This document shows, in pieces, positions 53,755 through 64,000 of a DNA stretch of 64,000 nt; within the stretch, counting starts at the first letter, position 1; every line of letters begins with the position of its first letter. The notes under the pieces are model-generated. The model had not been told where the DNA came from. It was given only the letters and a program-made list of their open reading frames with translations, and made no database searches. Position numbers and translations under genes: made by a program. Source of the stretch: Stegostoma tigrinum (lineage: Eukaryota); contig NC_081397.1 of assembly GCF_030684315.1 (NCBI RefSeq), positions 15,276,421 through 15,340,420 of the forward strand, in the 5' to 3' direction.

Positions 53755-54135
53755 ATGGCTGATGAGAAGAAAGCGCAGCAAGCCTCCAAGAAGGGCGCTA
53801 AGAAAATCATCAAGAAGGCGCCGGGGAAAGCCGGCAAGAGAAGGAAACGGTCCAGGAAAGAAAGTTACGGCATCTACATCTACAAAGTGATGAAGCAGGT
53901 TCACCCCGACACCGGCATCTCCTCCAAGGCCATGAGTATCATGAACTCGTTCGTCAAGGATATTTTCGAGCGTATCGCGGGGGAGGCTTCCCGCCTGGCC
54001 CATTACAACAAGCGCAGCACCATCAGCTCCCGGGAGATCCAGACCGCGGTGCGGCTGCTGCTGCCCGGGGAGTTGGCCAAGCACGCCGTGTCGGAGGGTA
54101 CAAAGGCGGTGACCAAGTATACCAGCTCTAAGTGA
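53755..54135 (+). CDS. H2B: Histone H2B (126 aa, variant residues)
   Basis: [14 protein letters not shown]...[20 protein letters not shown]...TKYTSSK. Confidence 0.98.
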   Translation: MADEKKAQQASKKGAKKIIKKAPGKAGKRRKRSRKESYGIYIYKVMKQVHPDTGISSKAMSIMNSFVKDIFERIAGEASRLAHYNKRSTISSREIQTAVRLLLPGELAKHAVSEGTKAVTKYTSSK

Positions 54136-54175
54136 GACCCCACATTGTGCTGAGAAAACACATCCAAAACCCAAC

Positions 54176-54191
54176 GGCTCTTTTCAGAGCC
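54176..54191 (+). promoter_or_regulatory. Histone 3' stem-loop (H2B)
   Basis: GGCTCTTTTCAGAGCC followed by ACCCA. Confidence 0.95.
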
Positions 54192-56203
54192 ACCCACAAC
54201 TTCGCTGAAACAGCTGAACCAACTTTGTGCAAATGATTTTCGGTATGTATTAGTAATGTCAGTCGGCTTTTTAAAAATAATGTAATTGTTTAAGAACTTG
54301 ATGTGTGGTCCCTCATCTGCCCTTTATTTTAGGTTGCAGCCATACCCTGTCTCGTTTCCCTGTATCTGCAAAGAGCATAATTATCTCCAATGAATCATTT
54401 ATCAACAACTTCCACTTTTTGAACCACTTTTCGTTTGTAAATGATTCTCGGTGTCTATAATTAATGTCTCTAATCTTTATCTTTGTTTACACAAACGTTC
54501 TAAACATTAACGTGCGGTCCCTGTCCCTCTGTCGGTTACTTTCGGTTGCCTTCCTACCCAGTCTCTCTTCCCTCCCTGTACAGAAAGCACATTCATCGTC
54601 ACTCAGTCATTTTTTTTCAACAACTCCTGTGTTCCAGTTATTATTTACCCCTTGATCAGGAATTTCACCCCCTAGAAAGAAAACTAACTGCTCGAGTCCC
54701 ATGAACAGATCTTGCAGAATACTTGTCATTTCAGGATTTCAGCTGTCGGTGAGAGGCTTTCAAAATGAGCTGAGATAAAGCCAGAGCCAGGATTGCAGTC
54801 GCAAGTGTGAAACTGTGTGTTCAAGGAGAATATGGGAGGGCAACTTCCAACTATTGTTTCAAGTTTTAACCCGTTCACCCCGAAAAACGTTGTGTAAGTT
54901 TTTATAAATACATCAGCGTGCACTTGTAATGTGCAAGTGAATTAAATTCTAAGAAAAATTAAACTGTTCAATCCTCTTTGTAAAACTTTACCCACTATGT
55001 TGAAGGGTTTTTCCAACTTGTCCCAATAGGGTATGAAGGCTGGATTCATCCGTGGTAATGAAAAGTTTGATCGCTTATTTGAGTCCCATTAAGAGAAATG
55101 CCGTGCGATTCCTTTTTCAATTTCCAAATCTGTAAGGGAATTTATCCGATTTTTTTTCAGTTTGCAGTGTGTGGGGCTTTCTGCTGTCGGTGAGAGTTTC
55201 AAAATGAGCCGAGACCGATCGGAAAGACTGATCCAGCACAATAAGTGAGGGCTATTTTACCATGTTTTCTGAAAACGGTGTTGCTTAGGAAGTGACAGAT
55301 TGTGAAGTGAACATTTTTAACTGAAAGGAAATTAAATCGTAGGCATGAACGCAAAAATCCTGGTTAAAAACTCTTGGTCGTATTGCCCATGTTGGCGGGC
55401 TTTTCAAATCGGACAGAAAACGGTTTATGATTTGGCGCCCGTATTTTCCTACGGTTTCCACGCAGAGGAATTTTGTTTTATTTTCAAATCTCCCCGCGGG
55501 TTCTATCCGGTTTTGCAGAAAGCTGTAAATGAGGCTTTCTGTTGTCGGCGGGAAAATTTCCAAGTGAACCGAGAGGAAAGCAGAACAGCTGCCGGACTGG
55601 CATCGCAAAAGTGGAAATATTGTTGATCTTGTGCAATCGGGAGAGCGATTGTAAAATATTGTTTAAAGCAGGAATGCGCTCAACGGGAAAGAAACAGTTG
55701 TGATACTTTTATCAATATAACCGGGTGCTGATGTGTAATAAATTCAATCTGTGCAGAGAATAACTTTCGGCGGGCTTTTCTTTCCCGCTTCCACTTATTC
55801 TTCAGTTTTTGCGGGGAAAAAAGAACTTCAAGATCAAAAATAGACGGATTCAACTAGGCCGGGGAATCAGAGATTGTGTGAAGTATACAGTTGTATTCTA
55901 AAAGTAAATTATCTGGAATATGAACGCATTCTTCTTTGTAAATCTTCTACCCGTTTGAAACTATTGGATGGCTTTTCGAGTTTGAAAGAAAGCGGTTGAT
56001 GATTTGGTGCCGGGGTTTTCCGGCCTCCTCCCCGGGCCCCCTCCGGATTGGTGAGTGAAGCAGATATCTGATTGGGCATTGAAACGACATTAGGAGATAC
56101 TGAAAAATGTGACCAATCAGCAATGGCCGCACCCCCATTCCTCCCGAAGGTATAAGAGGGCGGGATGTGGCCGCATTGCAGCATTCTCTGTGAAAGTGTT
56201 TGA

Positions 56204-56608
<405 letters not shown>

Positions 56609-56637
56609 AGGGGCCGTTCTGTAACCTGACAACCAAT

Positions 56638-56653
56638 GGCTCTTTTCAGAGCC
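56638..56653 (+). promoter_or_regulatory. Histone 3' stem-loop (H2A)
   Basis: GGCTCTTTTCAGAGCC followed by ACCCA. Confidence 0.95.
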
Positions 56654-57261
56654 ACCCACAAAATCAGTGCAAAGCAGCTAGACTGTCACTGCTGGTTGAT
56701 TAATTTTCATTTTATGTGCAAACATAATTCCTTTTATTTTTTCCCTAACCGAGATGAAACTGGAGCAGCTACCGGACACGACGAATAAAGTCTGAGGTTT
56801 TACTGCAGGGACAGCGACTTGAAATAATAACTCAAAGCGGTATCCCCATCAATACGCTGACGGAACAAAGGACATGCAATAAGTCGCCGCAACAAAGAGG
56901 CCATTCGATACGAAACCGACCCGCCTCAGAGGATCGAATGAATACATTAGTGGGAGATTTGGTCGTGCAATTGAAATTTTGCCCAACGCATAAAAATTGT
57001 TTGTATGTTTTGATGGGCTTTTCGATTTGGTAACCTTTTCCCACCACCCTCCTCCGTCAAGCTCCGTTATAGCTGGCAATACGCCCAGTGAAGAAATTTG
57101 CCCACGGAGGCGTTTCAATCGGAAACTTATAAAATATGGGGTGCAATACTTCAATTGTGTTATGATTTCTGAACATTTATGAACCTGATTGCCCCGAGTT
57201 ACCTTTTGTCTTTAATGTGAATTAGTGTATCTCAGAACCAACAAATTTCTCTAACAGAAAT

Positions 57262-57410
57262 TATGGGAACTGCAGATGGTGGAGTATCCAAGCTGTGTAG
57301 CTAGATGCACACAGCACGCTCAGCAATATCCCGACACGTCAGCTTTTCTGCTTCTGAGATGTTGCTTGACCTGCTGCGTTCCTCCAGATACACACTTCTG
57401 TTGTCTAAGC
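57262..57410. mobile_element. Degenerate fold-back PLE mini-element
   Basis: GGGAACTGCAGATG tail plus diverged inverted arms. Confidence 0.65.
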
Positions 57411-57463
57411 TTCTGCAACAGCTGTGGCATTGAATCACATCGATAGCTCGCTGTGGGTTTACA

Positions 57464-57802
<339 letters not shown>

Positions 57803-57844
57803 CTAGAGCTGGGATTGGATACAGTCCCGTCCCTCAACCCCTCT

Positions 57845-57961
57845 GAGAAATGGGAACTGCAGATGCTGGAGAATCCAAGATAATAAAGTGTGAAGTTGGA
57901 TGAACACAGCAGGCCAAGCAGCATCTCAGGAGCACAAAAGCTGACGTTTCGGGCCTAGACC
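57845..57961 (-). mobile_element. PLE mini-element in the H3 promoter
   Basis: Single arm ending in GCTGACGTTTCGGGCCTAGACC (hammerhead 3' half on the minus strand). Confidence 0.85.
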
Positions 57962-58763
57962 AAACAGCTCCGGAAGGTACGGAAAAGGCAATAAAATAAT
58001 TGTTGAATTCAGATTGGTTAACCTGAAATGACAGTTTGTCAATTTGAAAAAAGCCCGCCGATTTTAGGTTAAATATTTAAAGGAAAAATAATGTCCGACG
58101 ACGATAAAATCTGTACTTTGTGGGATTTTTTAAAAACCAAACTTACAGTTAACGCGGAAAAGACGCGGGTTCATTGCCTGATCTGTCTCTAACAAGCAGG
58201 AGTAAAGCGGGGTGTTTTAACAAAGCCCAGATAAACGAATCAACCGGCCGCCTACCCCCCGTTAATGAATCTAAAAAACACCGCCGATTTAAGCATATTC
58301 AAAGCTAACAGGGTACTAAAGCTACACAATCTCAATTAATCGGCTCATTTTTATTTCACCCAGATATAAATAGTCCGAAAACTGTCACAGAGGGTAACAA
58401 GTCATTAAAATATCTGCATGCTTCCTTGAATGAAAACTGAACTGAATTCCTGGGAGGAATGAAATAGAAAAACTGCAATATGTAACATTTAGCATCAGGG
58501 CGAAATTACAAATCGAGATCTGAAATCCGGCTGCGGCACAGTACACCCTCGCTGTGTGCTGCCTTTCCTGTGCTCAGGTCTCCGTTCTCACTGCTTGATC
58601 TTTCTCTAACATTGGATACGAAATTAGTGTATTTTTGTAATGGAATGAGCCAAAATTAAAAGTCGCGAAAAATGTGAAATAACCAGCTGCAGTACACTGT
58701 CTCCTCCATATGTGCTGCCTTTTCCCATCCTCGGGTCTCCGCTCTCAATCGGAGGGTTTGGGT

Positions 58764-58779
58764 GGCTCTGAAAAGAGCC
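58764..58779 (-). promoter_or_regulatory. Histone 3' stem-loop (H4)
   Basis: Reverse complement GGCTCTTTTCAGAGCC followed by ACCCA. Confidence 0.95.
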
Positions 58780-58809
58780 TTTGGGTTCGCTGGAAAAGGG
58801 ACGAGTTGC

Positions 58810-59130
<321 letters not shown>

Positions 59131-59317
59131 TCACTGTAATCGCTGCCGAATGAGAGTGGAGCTGCCTCGCCTTCCATTTTTATACAGCCCGCCCCGACCT
59201 GACTGAGAAAGAGCTGACAGAGAGTGTGAGGCGGCCCGGGCAGGAAACTGAGTGACAGACAGTGAAATGTCCAGCTCCGCCTCCAGCTTACGCCCGCCCC
59301 CAACTGGATCTGGAACT

Positions 59318-59863
59318 AAGATATCAAAGTGTGAAGCTGGATGAACACAGCAGGCCAAGTAGCATCTCAGGAGCACAAAAGCTGACGTTTCGGGCCTAGA
59401 CCCTCCATCAGAGAGGGGGATGGGTGAGAGTTCTGGAATAAATTGGGAGAGAGGGGGAGGAGGACCGAAGATGGAGAGAAAAGAAGATAGGTGGAGAGGA
59501 GAGTAGAGGTAGGGAGGTGTGGAGGGGATAGGTCAGTCCAGGGAAGACGGACAGGTCAAGGAGGTGGGATGAGGTTAGTAGGTAGGAAATGGAGGTGCGG
59601 CTTGAGGTGGGGGGAAGGGATGGGCGAGAGGAAGAACAGGTTAGGGAGGCAGAGACAGGCTGGGCTGGTTTTGGGATGCAGTGGGGGGAGGGGATGAGCT
59701 GGGCTGGTTTTGGGATGCGGTGGGGGAAGGGAAGATTTTGAAGCTGGTGAAGTCCACATTGATACCATTGGGCTGCAGGGTTCCCACGTGGAATATGGGT
59801 TGCTGTTCCTGCAATCTTCGGGTGGTATCATTGTGGCACTGCAGGAGGCCCATGATGGACATG
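59318..59863 (-). mobile_element. Penelope-like element 3' fragment (same family as 11295-12095)
   Basis: 'RRLQEQQPIFHVGTLQPNGINVDF'; hammerhead-like CTGATGGA-GGG-tctagg-CCC-GAAA-CGTC on the minus strand at ~59382-59412. Confidence 0.85.
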
Positions 59864-61920
59864 CATTCATCCAGATTGAATTCTCTAAGTCATTTTCCAG
59901 CCCATCGAGGTATTTGATCAAGATCCATTTGTAATCTTAGGACACGTTCTCCCCTTAATACTATGCTACACACTTTGTTATCATCCACAAACGTGTTTAC
60001 CATGACTTCTCATTCAGATCATTTATATAATGACAAGCAAAAGAGGACTCAGTCCCAATCCCTGGGGAACACTTCTGGATGACAGGCCTACAGTCCAAAA
60101 AGCAACCCTCCATCTTCACTCTCTGTCTCTTGCCACTCAGCCAATTATACCTTGCTTCCCTTTGCAACAAGTGTTCCACCCTACACCATGCTGAACTCAT
60201 ACAATGTGTTGAATGTGGCTGGTTTCTGTGGTAGGGAATTACAAAGGATCACCACTTTCTAAATAAAGAGACTCTCACCTACTCAGCCATGAATGGCTTA
60301 TCCTTTCTCCTAAAAATATGACTACTATCAACATGAATATTCTTTTTGCATTTACATTTTCTTGGTCTGACAGTGTCTTACAGATTTCTAAGAGAATCCC
60401 TCATTCTTCTGAATTTCAGCAGATATATTCACAACCAATTCAACCTCTCCTTCATCCCAGTAAGCTGCCTGTTAAAATTATATTCACAGCAATACCATCC
60501 TTACTCAGTAAGAAGGCCAAACCTGCTCTCAATATTCTAACTGCTGTCTCACAGATGTCCTGATAAATTGTCACAATTCACTGTTTCCACATGCTCAAAT
60601 CCACGTTCCACAAAGGCCAACATACCTCTCGCCTTCCTCACTGTCTGCTGCACCTGCATACTTACTTTCAATGATTTGTGTATGAGACACACAGGTCTTG
60701 TTGCAAATATCACTGTGTCACTTTATCGACATTCAGAAAATGACCTCCCTTCCTTTTATTTTGTTACCAAATTGGATAACCAAACAGTTACCCACATTAA
60801 ACAGTGTCAGATATTCATTTGCCCACTGTCTCGATTTCATCCCACACAATGCATCCTCTTTTAGAGCTGACCATCCAACTAACTTTGTGTCATTTTAAAA
60901 CCTGGAGATATTACATTTGTTTCCCTCATCCAAATCACTGTGAATGTATTGCAAAGAGTTTTCATCCTAAAACTGATTCTTGCCATTGAGAAAAAAAATC
61001 CATTCATTCCCCCTTCGAGTTTCCTATTATCCAGCTAATTAAAAATAAAATCATTCAGAATGCTTTGCACCAATCACATTTCCTTGATGTTCACATGCTA
61101 ATATCTTATGTTGGATTTTGTTAAAAAGTTTTTTCTTGTAAATTAAAATGAACTCATCTGCTTTATCATCCCTACTCCGGTAGATTTGTCAGGCTGGGAA
61201 CATAGAACAGTACAGCAGACGAGCAGTTCTTTCAAATCCATGCTGACTTTGTCTGATCGTGATATTTTATCCCAATTATCTGCATTTTTTCCCCCTGCAG
61301 GCTGACTGGTCTAAAATTACAAGTTTTACCTCTACACACCTCTTACAAATAGATTGTTTACATTAGCTACCCTCCAATCTTTGGAAGTTATTGTAGCTCC
61401 TATGAAGATCTGGAACATCGCCATCAATACACCCACTATGAGCTCTGGGATATTAGTTATCCGTCCCTGGTTCCCAGCCTTCAGTCCTATCAATTTTCCC
61501 AACACAATTTACTGAACAATACTGACTTGATTCAGTTTCTCCATCTCATTCAACTCTCTTTTCCCCAACATTCCTGACGTGTTATGTGTGTCATCCTATG
61601 TGAACATAGAACGACAGTGAGTATTCAGTTGGATTTTCATTGTAAGTGAGGTACATTTGTGTTTATCAACGTAGGTTTATTTCCATTCTCCTTTTACATA
61701 TTTATCAAGACATTAAAAGTTAGTTTTTAATGGCTTCTGCAATTATAACCTTTTCCTCATTTCCTCATTCATAATCAATGCATTCGTTTATTCCTTCTTT
61801 CCTGATTTTAAATTGTTCCCCAGCTTCAGGTACTTTTAATTTTTTTCAAGTTCTTTTTCTCAATTTGTACGCCTCTTCCTTGGGTCAAAAACGGTGTTAA
61901 ATTGACCTCTTAAATGACTG
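59864..61920 (-). mobile_element. Old CR1-like fragments
   Basis: 'NWLSGKRQRVKMEG' and further minus-strand RT remnants. Confidence 0.65.
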
Positions 61921-62082
61921 TTTTGTAAACTGTAAAAAGAGCACCATCCATACTGACGAATACATCCATTTAAACGGTTTTGGGCAGCTGATGAGGAGGA
62001 ACACGTTCTTGATATAGAGCAAGTTCTCCTCCAAGCCACGCACCACACTAACTTAGAAATATATCCCTCGCTTCACTGTCGC

Positions 62083-62195
62083 GGGGCCGGGTTAATGTAG
62101 GGGATCTGGGGGCCGGCACGGACAGGGATGGGCCGAAGGGCCTGTTTCTGTAACGTCTCTAACCGGGGGCCGGGTTAAAGTAGGGGACCTGGGGA
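62083..62195 (-). repeat. Inverted copy (~1.4 units) of the 83-bp repeat at 63700-63952
   Basis: GGGGCCGGGTTAATGTAGGGGATCTGGGGGCCGGCACGGAC...GGGCCGAAGGGCCTGT is the reverse complement of that unit. Confidence 0.85.
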
Positions 62196-62453
62196 TGTCG
62201 GTGGGGTTGGGGCGTCGGGGTGGGGGGTCGACACGGGGTCCGCGGAGAGACCCCCCCCACCACCCCTGCCGCGAGGACAGGCCAAGCGCCCAAACACCGC
62301 CCCCCCCCACCCCCACCCCCACCCTCCCGACCAACACCCATTCCTATGTAAACGCGTCACGCCTGCAGTTCTGGCCTCCCGCCAGCGGATGGCGGTAGCC
62401 GGGATCGGTTGGAGGTGAATCGGGTCGGGTGGGGGGGTGGGCGCAGTGCTCAC

Positions 62454-62773
62454 CGGTGACGAAGACCCTGACGGCCCGGCTCGGGGGGCGGGGGGAACCA
62501 GGCCGCCGTCGACCCGTCCTCCTCCACGCTGTGACGGCAAACGTAGCTGACCAGCCCCGTCAGGGCAGCGACGAGGCGGAAGGCGGGTGGGGGGGGCGGC
62601 GCTGGCACCGGGGAAGACCCACCTGCCCCGACCCCCAGCCCGGTACAGCCCGAACGTCCGGTTGCCCTAGCGGACCCCCCGGGCCGGGGCCAGGCAGGTG
62701 ACGGTAACGTTCTCCCTGAGGTGGTAAACCCCGGTCCTCTGGCCCAGGGTGATCCGGGTCGGGGCCGGGCCGT
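62454..62773 (-). pseudogene. Ig-like (C2-type) domain exon, phase 1-1, disrupted as assembled
   Basis: CTGCAG| acceptor, DGPAPTRITLGQRTGVYHLRENVTVTCLAP..*..FGLYR...AFRL...SYVCRH...SRAVRVFVT, G|GTGAGC donor; requires two 1-nt deletions in C runs (320 to 318 nt) and contains one TAG. Confidence 0.68.
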
Positions 62774-62879
62774 CTGCAGGGGACCCCCCCCCCGGGGGAG
62801 GGGGCGGGTGTGCGGGGTCGGCCGGTGTTGGGGGGGGCAACAGAGGTGCGTACGGTCAGCTCGGGGCGTCCATCTTGCC

Positions 62880-63580
62880 TCCCCCACCCCACACCCGCTC
62901 TCCCCGTCCCCACCCTCCCCCCTCTCCCTCCGTCAGCCCCCACCCCCACCCCCACCCTGACCCCCCGCTCACCCCGTCCCCACCCTCCCCCCTCTCCCTC
63001 CGTCAGCCCCCACCCCCAGCCCTGACCCACCCTCCCCGTCACTACCCTCCCCCCTCTCCCTCCGTCAGCCCCCACCCCCAGCCCTGACCCCCCGCTCACC
63101 CCGTCCCCACCCTCCCCCCTCTCCCTCCGTCAGCTCCCACCCCCAGCCCTGACCCACCCTCCCCATCCCTACCCTCCCCCTCTCCCTCCGTCAGCCCCCA
63201 CCCCAGCCCTGACCCACCCTCCCCGTCACTACCCTCCCCCCTCTCCCTCCATCAGCCCCCACCCCCAGCCCTGACCCACCCTCCCCATCCCTACCCTCCC
63301 CCTCTCCCTCCGTCAGCCCCCACCCCTGCCCTGACCCCCCGCTCTCCCCGTCCCTACCCTCCCCCCTCCCTCTGTCAGCCCCTGACCCCCCGCTCTCCCC
63401 GTCCCTACCCTTCCCCCTCCCTCCGTCAGCGCCCACCCCTGCCCTGACCCCCGGCTCTCCCTGTCCCTACCCTCCCCCTCTCCCTCCGTCAGCCCCTACC
63501 CCGGCCCTGACCCCCCCTCCCCGTCACTACCTTCCCCCTCTCCCCGTCACTACCTTCCCCCTCTCCCTCCGTCAGCCTCA
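62880..63580. repeat. C-rich minisatellite, ~61-bp unit, ~11 copies
   Basis: CCCTCCCCCTCTCCCTCCGTCAGCCCCCACCCCCAGCCCTGACCCACCCTCCCCGTCACTA and variants. Confidence 0.92.
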
Positions 63581-63699
63581 TCCACGCATCCCCCCCACCA
63601 CTCGGTCTCTCTGTCTCTCTCTCTCCCGCTGTCTCTCCTGGGATACTTCCCCAGACTCCCCCGACTCTCCTCTGGGGAGATATTTCTCCTCATCTCACT

Positions 63700-63952
63700 C
63701 ACAGAGACAGAGATGGAAACAGGCCCTTCGGCCCATCCCCGTCCGTGCCGGCCCCCAGATCCCCTACATTAGCCCGGCCCCCGTTTAGAGACGTTACAGG
63801 TACAGGCCCTTCGGCCCCTCCCCGTCCGTGCCGGCCCCCAGATCCCCTACATTAACCCGGCCCCCGTTTAGAGACGTTAGGGAAAAAGGCCCTTCGGCCC
63901 ACCCCGTCCGTGCCGGCCCCCAGATCCCCTACATTAACCCGGACCCCGTTTA
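63700..63952 (+). repeat. 83-bp tandem repeat (~3 copies) derived from a CR1/SINE 3' tail
   Basis: AGGCCCTTCGGCCC at 63721, 63804 and 63887. Confidence 0.88.
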
Positions 63953-64000
63953 GTGTGTGGGCTCCCAATGGACTCTCGGACCCTGAGCGAGCAGCTCAGG

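Noticed and set aside
62560-63436. Gly/Pro-rich ORFs of 80-180 aa
   Set aside because: Products of a stop-poor GC minisatellite.

Overview
Eukaryotic, repeat-rich DNA, most likely from a shark. This is inferred from HE1/V-SINE-like and SacSINE-like SINEs, abundant CR1 LINE debris and MADEKK-type H2B. The window holds two mirror-oriented replication-dependent histone sub-clusters. The left one (24.6-26.7 kb) has pseudo-H2A, a pseudo-H2B tail, H4 and H2B. The right one (53.7-59.2 kb) has H2B, H2A, a truncated H3 and H4. There is also a 5-finger C2H2 zinc-finger gene followed by decayed fingers, an old ~49-bp satellite, Penelope-like element (PLE) fragments, and a decayed Tx1-clade LINE. A GC-rich terminal block carries a disrupted Ig-like exon and minisatellites. 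Two things stand out. (1) About a dozen short PLE-derived insertions, many built around a minimal hammerhead-ribozyme (HHR) motif, several as fold-backs with 9-15 bp target-site duplications. (2) A nested inverted structure at 48.1-52.8 kb in which two Tx1 3' ends point outward and both poly(A) tails abut nearly the same position (loop II) of a PLE hammerhead. This suggests either a ribozyme-targeting Tx1 or PLE-mediated mobilisation of Tx1. All coordinates and identities were read by eye; no searches were run.
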